DNA of 64,000 nucleotides, taken from positions 29,185 to 93,184 of the IMG/VR virus record IMGVR_UViG_3300010885_040738. One strand, 5' to 3'. The stretch comes from a virus. The position numbers were made by a program, and so were the translations under genes. This document shows positions 48,901 to 60,900 of the stretch, piece by piece (position 1 is the first letter of the stretch; the number at the start of each line of letters is the position of its first letter). The notes under the pieces were generated by a model. That model was not told where the DNA came from. It saw only the letters and a program-made list of their open reading frames with translations, and did not search any database.

Positions 48901-51900
48901 AGAGCACATTTAGTCAGTCTGACTATGTAGCATCGGCAACGCCAACTCTGGATGATGACGACTTGGAAACCGGGTGGCTTTCAATCCCAGCCATTAACGG
49001 AGGCGTTCTCATTGATCCGCAAAGTGGCAAAGCACTTTCGTTCATCGGAGATGGGACCCCGGAAGCGACAGGGCGAGCCAAGTCGGAGGCGCAGACATGG
49101 GCGATAGAAAATCGCATCAAGCAGCCGATTAAATCGGCAACTGCCAGCATTCAGGCCCCCGGCAAGGTTGGGGGTGTGCCGGATGCGGTAGTTGCCAGAG
49201 ATGCGAAGCGGCTGGCAGATGCAACGCAGGCGATTGAGCAGGCAGCGGCCAGCGGTCAAAAGATTACCGGCCAGCAGATCCAGCGCCAATTCCAGTTGGG
49301 CTATGGCGCTGCGGAATCATTGCTCAAAAGCTTTGGGCTGGACTACCTTGGGAACCCGATAGCTGAGCAGCAGCCCCCCGCGCAAGAACTGACTCCCGCA
49401 GGTGCAAAGATTCTCGACACAATCCAGTCGCCCGAACCTGACGGGCTGACGGCGCGTATTGCGGAGTGGACATCGCGAGACGGCAGCAAGAAAGGTTTCT
49501 CGGTTGCGTTTCAGGACCCCGAGAGCGGCGAGTTTCTGCCCGATATTCGCACAGCAGAGACGCTGGAACAGGCTCGGCAGATTGCGCGTAAGGCGCTTGG
49601 CATACCGGAGCCCGATATCCCTGAGCACATGGAGAACTCGTGGCAGGCACTGCAAGACGCCATGCGCTCCGTTGTAGTCGGCGGCGAACGGCAGAATCAT
49701 CCAGACCCAGTTGCGATTGATGTCTTGCGCGCACTTTCAAAAACGCCCGGAGGACTCCGCGCATTCGATAGCCTTGTCGCCAGCCGAACAGAACAGCAGC
49801 CGACCTTTCTTGGCGCTGGCGTTGGCCATGCAGTTCTGGATCTCGGGAACGGCGAAGTCCTTAAACTAGGGAAACTACAGAAACAGGAGCGTTCGCGGTA
49901 TGCCTTGCAGCCGGAAGTCTCCGGTGAGATTGGCTCCGTCGCGTATGCCATCTATCCGAAACTTGATACATCTGGAATCAGTGACGCCGATGTGGACCTT
50001 GTTGATGCGCAATTGCGCTCCGAGGGCTTGGAATGGAGTGATGCAGGGAAAGACAATCTCGGGAGGGACGCCAATGGGGATCTGAAGATTCTCGATGGCG
50101 ATGTCACTCGCAAGCCAAGCGTTCCCGCGCCGCGCCCGGTTGGCGGAGAAGCCTCAATTACTGCCGCTGGTGAATTTGCAAAGAAAGAGATGGCCGAGCA
50201 GGAGCGCTTGGAATCGCTAAACACTGGCAAGTGGGCGGGAATGAGCGGTGCGCAGATAGCAGATGCCGCGAAAGAACTCGGGATTAGCACGGATGCCTTT
50301 GCTGAGGCGACCACCAGAAGGCAGCAAATAGCTGAACGCGGTCGGCTGATCGAAGCCATTCAGGCAAAAGAAGCGGCCAAGTCCCAAACCATTCTTCCCG
50401 CACCGCGCCCGGTGGGAGGGGAAGCACCAGCACCAGAAGAAAAAGCACCGACCATCTCCAAAGATCGCGCTCAAGCAATCATAGCGCGAGTCAGCGCAGT
50501 AATGGATGAGGCCGTTAAGGCGGGAGTAATCGGCCAAGAAAACGTTTCCGATGCGATCGCAATGGTTTTGCGCGATATCCCGGATGACGCCACGGATGCG
50601 GAGATGGATCAGGTCATCGCGCTTCTTCGTAGCGAAGCGCTGGCGCCCATTGACCGCGTCGAGATGAAGCACCCGCTGACGTACTTCACGGGCTCCAGCG
50701 GCCCGGGAGTAGAGAAGCGCGCCAACGAGCGCGGCGACATCGGGCTGCTGATTACTCCGCTGATTGACTACCTTGGCAAGGTCCAGCACTACCCGGTCAT
50801 CGCGGTTGATAACGGCGCATTCTCCAAGGCAACGCCGTTTAGCGCTGATAAGTTCCTTGCCCTATTGGACAAAGTCGCGGCAGATCCTGAAGTGGCGCGG
50901 AAAGTTCAGTTCGTCGTAGCCCCAGACACGCCGATGGACGCGAAAGCGACATTGGAGAAGTTCCCGATGTGGGCTGCAGAGATTCAGAAGCGCGGCCTGC
51001 CGGTCGCTCTTGCTGGCCAGAATGGGCTGGAAGACATGATCGACCAGATTCCATGGGACGATTTCGATACCCTGTTCATGGGTGGCGATGACGAATGGAA
51101 GCTTGGGGATTTCAAGGACGAGGCTCAAAAGAAAAAGTGGCTTGACCTTTTGTGGGAAGCCGGGCAGCGCGGCAAGAAGATCCATGTCGGCCGCGTCAAC
51201 AGTTTCAAGCGCTCAGATTTCTCCAATTACCAGATGGAGGCAATCTCTGTTGACGGAACCTATTTAGCGCACGGCCCGGACAAGAACCTGCCAAAGCTGG
51301 AATCCTGGCTGAATCGCATAAATGAGCGGCCATACTCGATGGGCCCAAGGTTTCCAAACCCGCGCCCCGACGAAGCAGAGGATTCGGACTGGAGCGGCGA
51401 TCCGTTGGAGTTCGCGCCGTATCGCGGTAGCGATGCAATGTGGGAAAGCCGGAACGGAAAGTTCCTGATTTTTGATCAGGGCGATAACAGTCCGCTTGGC
51501 AAGTTCAGTCTGGTTGATACCGAAACCGACGGCACTACTTACCACAAGAGCTACGCTGCAGCTGTCAAAGCCGCACGAGAGGAGGCGCCGCCGATCGCGC
51601 CCGGGCAGGCACCGGCACCGGAGCCAGCTAACGGCGAAGTAGTCTCCTGGGACGAGGCTGAAACCCTACTGGCTACGGCTGATGCTTTTGGTGGCACGAT
51701 TACGCGCATCAGCGACACGCTTATTCACGCCGAAGCAAATGGGCGCAGGTTGGCATTTGAAAAACTTCCGGATGGGAAAGTCAGGGTAGGTCCTATCAGA
51801 GCAGAAGCACCCGCGGCCGCTCCCGCGCCAACGGCCCCAACCCCCGCACAGCCCAACTACGCACCTGAAGGCATCACGAAAGCAGAGAAATATGTAGGCC

Positions 51901-54900
51901 GGCTCGCATATCAGGCAAAGAAAGATTACGCCCGCGCCTATCTGGACCACCTGACGCTGGACGAAGCAGCGCCCGCTCGCGGCAAACTTTCAGAGGCATT
52001 AGAGAAGGAAGTAAAAAACGAGATCAACAAGCATCTGGGCAAGCGACTGGCAAAGGCTCCGGCCGCCAAGGCTCCTGCAGCCCCAGCCGTTCGCGAACTT
52101 GCCGACTTCCTCAAGCCCGGGGCCCCGCCGATTGACTGGTGGAAGACCGACGGCATCAAAGCCGACTGGGAGACGGTTCGTAAGGCTTACGCTGCACGTG
52201 CGCAGCGACCGGAAGGTGCCGGGCAGACATTCCTGGACTACACCCGGGATTGGGAAGACAATCGCGCCGAGGCTGGGTTTGACCGCCGCACTGCGGAAGC
52301 CGCAACTCAGGTTGAAGCGCCCACAACTCAGGTTGCAGCACTCACCGATCTCGACAGGTCTCTGCTGGAGTATCTGGGCAAAACCAAAACGTCGGAAGAT
52401 CTGCTGTATTTTGAGGGAGCAGGCGAAGGCGAGCAGGGGCTGAAGGACATGAACAAGGCCCTCGCTTCACTTGCAAATCGTGGACTTGTTGCCCGCGAGT
52501 ACAGCCAGACCGGCGGTGATACCAAGTTCTGGCGCACGCCTGAAGGCACCAAGGCGCTGCGCGAGAAGAAGCCAGTCACCCCGCAGATCCAGACCGGCGT
52601 GGCCGGGGCGACTCCGCTGGGGGTGAAGCCAGAGCAGATGGAAGCCACGCAGGCAGATATCCTGCTCCGAACGGCGACAAGGAAAATTGACGAGCTGATC
52701 GAGCAGGCTGAAACAGCCCTGCGTAACCAAGGCGAGAACAATGCGCGAGCGGTTCTCGACCAACTATCTGCATTCCTGCCTGCAGCACGCGAGCGCGTAG
52801 CGAAGCTTGCCTCATCTGCAGATGGCGGCTATGTGGACCGGCTGGAGTCGGCTATTGCTCGGGCTGAGGCTGTCATCGGGCGGTACGCCAAGAAACCCGC
52901 CGCTCGCGCCGCGCAGCCTTCAGCGGAACGGTTTGACGAACTCTCGAAGGAACTTGCCGAAATTGAGAGGTCGCCTCAGTACCGGCAGGACACAGAGGCT
53001 GGCAGAAACGCCCGGGAGTCAGCAAATTCTCTCAGTGTAGACGTGGCATTCCATCGCCCGGCGGCCATCGCCAGGGCGCAGGCTGAGATCGACGCGGAGA
53101 AGGCGGCTAAGAGCAGCAAGGCATGGAAGTACGAACTGAAAGCGGAGGGCAAGTGGAGCCAGCCGCTCGGGAGCCCGTTGGCGACGGAAGCGGAGGCGAA
53201 AGCCGCTGGCCAGAGCCACCTTGACCGGTGGATGATGGCTGAGGATGTCCGGACCGCGGAAGTTAACGAAAAGCCGACGCACACCTGGAACGAGGCGGAG
53301 CGCAGGCAGGAACCGATCCAGAAAGAGGCAGCAAATGCAGAAGGAAACACCACAAGCGGGGCCGCGACTAAGTCCGATGCAGGTAGCAAGACAGGCCCCA
53401 GAAGGCCTGGGGAAGCGGATACTGCGTCATTGGCAGAAGTATCGGCCGAAGACAGTTCAGAGGCTCAAGGCGAAGGGGCTCCTGAACGAGACGGTGAACG
53501 AGGCGGCAGAGGAGCACGCCCAGACGGTCAGCCAAATGCTGGGGGCGGGGTTCGGAGCGGATCAGGCGGACGAAGTGGCTCGGGAACCGTGGATCAGTCC
53601 GGAGACACGGACGGCGGACGACGAGGACCTGGAGACTTAGAGCGCCAAACCGAGGGCGGAGACTTCCGTATTTCCGACGCGGATCATATCGGAGAGGGTT
53701 CTCCGCGGCAGAAACTGAACGGCAACCTTGACGCGATCCGGATCGTAAAAGCCATTGAGAAAGACCCTCGTCCTGCAACTCCAGAGGAACAGGAGAAGTT
53801 GGCGAAGTATGTCGGGTGGGGTTCGCTGGCAAACGTTTTCGACTGGCGGAAGTCTGAGTTTGAGGGTGCTCGCGAAGAACTGAAGAAATTGCTGACGCCA
53901 GACGAGTACCGGGCTGCCGAGAAGTCGACATATAACGCTCATTACACGTCCCCGCTTGTGATTAGCTCTATGTGGGACGCCATGAAGCGACTGGGCGTAA
54001 AACCGGGGTTCAGCGTGATTGAGCCATCCATGGGCGTTGGCAACTTCTTCGGCTTGCAGCCCGACGGCCTCATGCCATCGCGACGGACCGGCGTGGAGCT
54101 CGACAAGATCACCGGCGCGATCGCGAAATTGCTGTACCCTGACTCAAATGTCCAGGTGACCGGATTCGAGCGCATTCAGTTGCCGCACAACTTCTTTGAC
54201 GTAGCCATCGGGAATGTCCCATTCGGCAACGTCGGAGTGGTGGACCCTTCTTACAGAAAGACTCCGGCCGCTACCAGCGCTATTCACAACTACTTCTTTG
54301 TTAAGTCCCTTGACTTGACGCGGCCCGGCGGCATCGTTGCCTTCATCACGTCTCGTTACACCATGGACAGTCTTGGCAAGGAAGTCAGGGACATGATCGC
54401 AGACAGGGCCAACCTGATCGGCATGTTCCGGCTGCCGAACACTGCGTTCAAGGGGAACGCCGGCACGTCGGTAGTCACGGATGTCATCTTCCTTCAGAAG
54501 CGAGCGCCCGGCGAAGCGCGGACTGGTCCGTCCTTTATTGAGACGAAAAAGGTTGCCACTGCTGACGGCACTGAGACTGATCTCAACGAGTACTACGCCG
54601 CACGCCCGGAAATGATGCTTGGGGAACTGTCAACGCAGGGCACTCAGTACGCGGCAGATAGCCAAACGCTTATCGGGAAACTGACTCCTGAGCTTCTCCA
54701 AAACGCAGTCAACCAGCTGCCGGAAAACATTTTCTCCGAATGGCATGCCGATACACCTTCGTTTGACGGCGAGTTTTACCAGCTTGGGGATGAGGTCAAG
54801 GACGGCGGGTATGCCATCAAGGATGGCGTCATCGTCCAGCGCGAGGGGAATATCTATCGCCCGACGGTAGTGGGCAAGACGCAGGGCGAGCGCATTCGCG

Positions 54901-57900
54901 GGATGATCCCCGTTCGTGCTGCTCTGCGTAAAGTTTTTGCTACACAACTAGAGGCTGAGAGCTCAGAGAAAGCTATTCTCGACGCACGCAAGGAGCTCAA
55001 TAAGGCTTACGACAAGTTTGTAAAGGAGCACGGCTATCTCAGCAGCGTTGCGAATTCACGCGCCCTCGGTGACGATCCAGACTACTCTCCGCTGGCCGGT
55101 GCGTTAGAGGACTGGGACCGCGACACCAAAACGGCAGCTAAAACCGACATTTTCACAAAGCGGACCATCGAACGTCCTTCTTTTCCTGATAAGGCCGACA
55201 CAGCTGCCGAGGCCATGGCAATGGTCCTGAATGAAAAAGGGCGACTCGACTGGAACCGCATGCAGGAACTCACCGGCAAGTCACTGGATGAGTTACGTGC
55301 AGAGTTAACAGGCCAGGTGTTCAAGAATCCTGACGGGCAAATCTGGGAGACCGAGGATGAGTACCTTTCAGGCAACGTCCGAAAGAAACTGCGTATAGCT
55401 GAGGCCGCGGCAGGTATTGACCCCTTCTACCAACGCAACGTTGACGCCCTGCTGGCTATCCAGCCCGCCGACCTTCTCCCAGAACAAATCAAAATCGTCC
55501 CTGGCGCTCACTGGATTCCGGCTACGACCATCCAGGAATTCCTTCGCGAAGTTCTGGGCCTTGATAGCGCGAAGGTCCACCACGCGGCGGCCGTGGCAAC
55601 GTGGTCTATCAATGTCCCCAACAGCTACGAACTTGATCGTACGCAAAACAAGAGTTTTGGGACTGAGAATTTCACAGGCGTCAAGCTGTTCGATATGTCG
55701 CTGAACGGCAAGGCCCCGCGTGTTTATCGGCCAGGCCCGGGCGATACCAGAATCTTTGACCCCAAAGCGACGGCGGTCGCCTTGGCGGCTCAGGATGCGC
55801 TCAACGATCGCTTTAGAGAGTGGATATGGCATAATCCATCACGCGCCCGAGAACTCGCGGAGATTTATAACCGGGAAATCAACAACATCCGGAACGTGGA
55901 GCATAACGGCGCGCATTTGACCCTCCCGGGCAGTAACCCGGCGATTGTGCTGCGGCCGCACCAGAAGAACGCTATCTGGCGAGCGCTGAAGACTGGCAAC
56001 ACGCTGCTCGCGCATGAAGTCGGAGCCGGAAAGGCCCAACCTCTCGATGCTAAAATCCTAACTCCGTCCGGATGGAAGTTGATGGGCGATATGACCGTCG
56101 GAGATCACGTGATTGCCGGCGACGGGTCGGTTACATCGGTTGAGGCCGTTTTTCCCCAAGGCGAGAAAGACATCTTTCGGGTTGAATTCAGCGATGGGAG
56201 TGCTACCGAGTGCTGTGACGAACACCTTTGGCTTACACAGACATATCAGGAGCGGAATCAGGCGCAACGGGCCGAGAAGGCAGAAAAAGACTGGAATTGC
56301 GGGAAGGCGGAGGTCCGGTCTCTAGCGGAAATCCGTAATACGCTGATCGCGCCACATCTGAATGCGAAGAATCACAGTATCCCTATTGTCGGTGCCGTTC
56401 ATTTCAATGCTCAGCCGGTCCCTCTGCATCCTTACCTACTCGGTACTTTGATTGGTGATGGGTGTTTCCGTGGGCACGGATCTGTAAGCATTTCGTCCGC
56501 CGATAAAGAACTTTTGGACGCGATTAGCCTTCTACTGCCAGCAGAATGCGAACTTCGACATCAGTCAGCCTACGACTACGTAATTGCTTGGAATGGACAG
56601 GCGCGGTACGCAGTCGGTGACGGAATGGTTCCGTCGCACCCGGTCGTAAACGCAGTTAAAAGCCTTGGCCTTTGGGGGAAGTACTCGTACGAAAAGCATA
56701 TCCCGGAATGCTACCTATTTAATTCGCAAGAAGTCAGGGCCAGCCTGCTGCAGGGGTTGATGGATACCGACGGGACTGTCACGCGGCGCGGCACTTCGGT
56801 TGAGTATTGCACGACTTCCCCCAAACTCGCGGCGCAGGTCACTGATCTTGTCAGATCTCTCGGCGGCATTGTCGCTCTTCGCTCTAAGCAGCCAGGTTAT
56901 ACGCACCAAGGTGTCAGGAAGATAGGACGTGTCGCATTTACGCTGACATTGAGCCTGCCTCCGTCAGTGCTTCCCTTCCGTCTTTCCAGAAAAGCAATAC
57001 TGGTCACGCCGAAGACAAAATACCACCCGGCCCGCTATATCACGAACGTGGCCCCTGTTGGCAGGAAGCAGGCGCAGTGCATTCGCGTGGCGCATCGTTC
57101 TCACCTGTATGTAACGGACGATTACATCGTCACCCACAACACATGGGAAATGGTTGGTATCGCCATGGAATCCCGTCGGCTTGGCCTGTCTAAAAAACCG
57201 ATGCTGGTTGTGCCAAACCACATGGCAGAGCAGTTCACGAATGAGTTCCTGCAGCTATACCCGGCAGCGCGCATCCTCACGATCGGGAAAGAGGACTTCG
57301 CCGCAGATAAGCGCAAGCGTGCCACTGCGCGCATCTCCGGCGGGAACTGGGATGCAGTCATCATCAGGCATAGCAGTTTTGAAAAGATCCCGGTCTCGGA
57401 TGCAACATTCAAGGCGTTCATTGACCGTCAGGTTGAAGAATTAAAGGCTGCGCTGGAAGCGCAGGAAGCTGAGACGGCCTCGGCACAAACAACCGGGAGA
57501 CGCGGACGCGGAGGGAAGAAGAAGGTCGATAAGTCCGTCAAAGAAATCCAGAAGGCGATTGAGCGGCTGGCTGTAAAACTGGAAAAGCGACTCAATCGCG
57601 ACAAGAAAGATGACGCAGTCACGTTTGAAGAGTTGGGGGTTGACCTTCTGCTAGTGGATGAAGCCCACGCCTTCAAGGCGCTCCCAATCGTCACCAGGCG
57701 CACGCGAGTTGCTGGTATCCCGAACCGCGAAAGCAACCGGGCGACCGATATGTTCATGAAGACCCAGTACGTGGGCGACCTGAATGGCGGGCGTCGTGGC
57801 GTTGTATTCGCCACCGGCACTCCGGTGACCAACACCATGGCAGAACTTTACAACATGCAGAGGTACCTGCAGTTGAAAACTCTGCGCGAGGCAGGGATCG

Positions 57901-60900
57901 AGCACTTTGATGCTTGGGCGAACGCATTCGGGATGATCCGCACTGGCGTCGAGCTTGACGTATCCGGCAAGGGATTTAGGGAGAATACGCGGTTCGCGAG
58001 ATTTGTCAACATCCCCGAATTGATGGCGATATACAAGCGCGTTGCCGACATTAAGACGGCGGCTATGCTGAACCTGCCCACGCCGGAACTTTTCACCGGC
58101 AACGTTGAGCCCATTAGCGTAAAGGAGACCCCTGAGCTAACCGCCTACGTGGACTACTTGATTGACCGGACTGACGTTATCCGTGGCGGCGGAGTGGACC
58201 CGAAAGACGACAACATGCTGAAGGTCGTCAGCGAGGGCAAAAAAGCGGCTCTTGATATGCGCCTTGTAGACCCGGAGGCGCAGGACCGGCCCGAGAGCAA
58301 GGTCAACACCGCTGTCGGGAATATTTACAAGATATGGGAGGAGACGAGCGACGATAAACTAACCCAGTTGGTTTTTTGCGACCTGTCGGTACCGTTGTCA
58401 GCCAAGTCACGCAAGGCCAAGAAGCAAAAGCCGACAGACGAAGAACAGCAGGCAGAAGATGAGCTCGACGCAGTTCCGGAAGCGGCCGGTGAGGCTGCTG
58501 GGTTCAGCGTCTATGACGACATGAAGGCGAAGCTTGTCGCAAGGGGCATTCCGGCAAAAGAAATCGCCTTTATCCACGACTACGATAGCGACGACGCCAA
58601 GCAGGACCTGTTTGATAGCGTCAAAGCGGGCCGCGTACGTGTGCTTTTCGGATCAACCGAAAAAATGGGTGTTGGTACCAACGTTCAGCGCCGCATGATT
58701 GCGCTCCACCACATGGATTCGCCGTGGCGTCCGGCTGACATTACTCAAAGGGAAGGGCGGATCAAGCGGCAGGGGAACAAGAATCCAAAAATACACATCT
58801 TCCAATACCTCACGGAGGGCTCCTTCGACGCCTTCATGTGGCAGACGCTGGAGACCAAGGCGATGTTTATCGCCCCGATTCTATCGGGCGATTCCAGCAT
58901 CCGTGAGATGGAAGACATCGGGATGGTGCTTCCCAGCGCCGCCGAGTTCAAGGCCATGGCGTCAGGTAACCCGATTATTAAAGAAAAGATCGGCACCGAT
59001 TCGGAGTTGGCACGGCTCGACGCGCAGCGGAATGCTTTCCGCCGGCAACAGGCTGGCGTGCGGGAGCAGATCGAAAAGCTTCCTCGCGATATTGCTTGGA
59101 AGCAAAGAGATATTGCGCGAAGGCAAAGCCAGTACGATTTTGTGGAGGCACATCAAGCCGAGGGATATACGATCGAAGGGGTTGCGTTCACTGGCGCTGA
59201 TGCGCGGAAGAACGCGGCAGCCGCGCTACACGCCGAATTGAGCGGCACCCTCCGTTTAGGTGGTTCGCCATCTAAAGTGGGGACATACAAGGGACTTGAT
59301 ATCGTTGCGTGGCCTGGGAGCGGCAGTTACCCGCGCCTCACCGTCAACATGCCCGGCAGTGCTTATGATTCGCAGTTCGGCGAAATAGGGATTTCTTTCC
59401 CTGTGTCTACCAACGAAGATAATCCGCTCGGCACACTTCAGAGCATTGAGGCTGGGGTTAGGATTTACATTACCTCACCGGAAAAGCAAAGTCTGGAGCT
59501 TGAGGAACTACTTCGTAAGCAGAAAGACCTTGAAGACCAAGGCGAAAAGCCGTGGCCGTACGAGAATCGCTACAACACGCTGGTAAAGAGAAAAATCGAG
59601 ATCGATGCCGAGCTTGACCAAAGTGAAGCAGAGAGAGTCGGCGGGGCCGAAGACGGCGAGGATACGGTCAAGCGCGTGGAGCGGCGCGGTGTCTCATATC
59701 AGGAGCGCAAAAAGCTTCTACTTGCACGTGAACGTGGCGAGAATGTTGAGTACCCGCCGCTACAGGCCCGGCACGAAGTTGGGAGTGCGCCGATGCCATC
59801 TGCGCCCGCGATCAGAACGACGAAGAACTCTGGGCCCATGTCGGCATATACACCCGGAGATGGCGAACTGGCTCCTCGCCTAAATGCTGACAGAACCCCC
59901 GTGCTTCCTACTTGGTACAGGCAGGAAATTGACGGGAAGAATTTTTACTCTGATGGCGTTTTCGTAATCCAAGGAGATACGCCAGAAGGCAAGATCGTCA
60001 ATAATGATGGGCTGAAATCATACGTGAAGCCGCAAGATGGGCAGGTAGAGATGGGCCCGCTCGCGTACTCGATTGACAAGCCAAGAGATGACGGGTCAGT
60101 CCTGCGACGTGTCTGGTTGAGCCCGCGGTTGGCGGTTGACTCCATCCCGTTCGACTACGTCAAAAAACGTTTCCCCGACGCAACTTTCTGGGCCACCGAT
60201 AATCCGACCAAGCCGGTGACGGTAAGGTCTGGCGATGATGTGGTTGCCGTCATCATGCCGCTGCGCGAAACTGCTCCGCCAGCAAATATCGAGCCCGCAC
60301 TGTCAGCCAAGCCCCGCACATCCTCCGTAACCCTCGGCATGGGGCCCGGGCAGGAGATGTACGAGGCGACGGCGAAGTACATCAAAGAAGAGACGCTGCC
60401 ATGGGTAAAGCGCATTCTGAGCGAAAAGGCGACCATGGGCCGCGCTCTGGTGGAGATCCTTGACCCGAGGTACAACACGCCGCGCCCGATCATGGACACG
60501 GTTTCCAAGATGGCTGGCGGCCGGTCCATGGCCGAATACCTGGTTGCGAAGAAACTGGACAACTGGAGCCAGAAGTTCAGCAAGATGAGCCGTCAAGACT
60601 CAATTAACTTTGTGGACCGCGTGAAGGCTGGCTTACCGCAGCCCGACGACGACCTGCAGGACGCCGCGGACTTCATGCGCCGGATGGACGATCAGGTCTG
60701 GAGCTCCATCCCCGAGGACCGGCGGCCGGCGTATCTCGAAAACCACTTCCGCGTCATGTGGAAGGTGATTCCGGATTCCAATAAGGCGATTGCTGCACGT
60801 GAGGCCCGGGCGCAAGAGCTTGTGGACGGCATGACCGATCCGACGCGCCAAGCATACGCGCAGGACTACCTCGCCTACATTACAGAGCAGACTCCTGATG

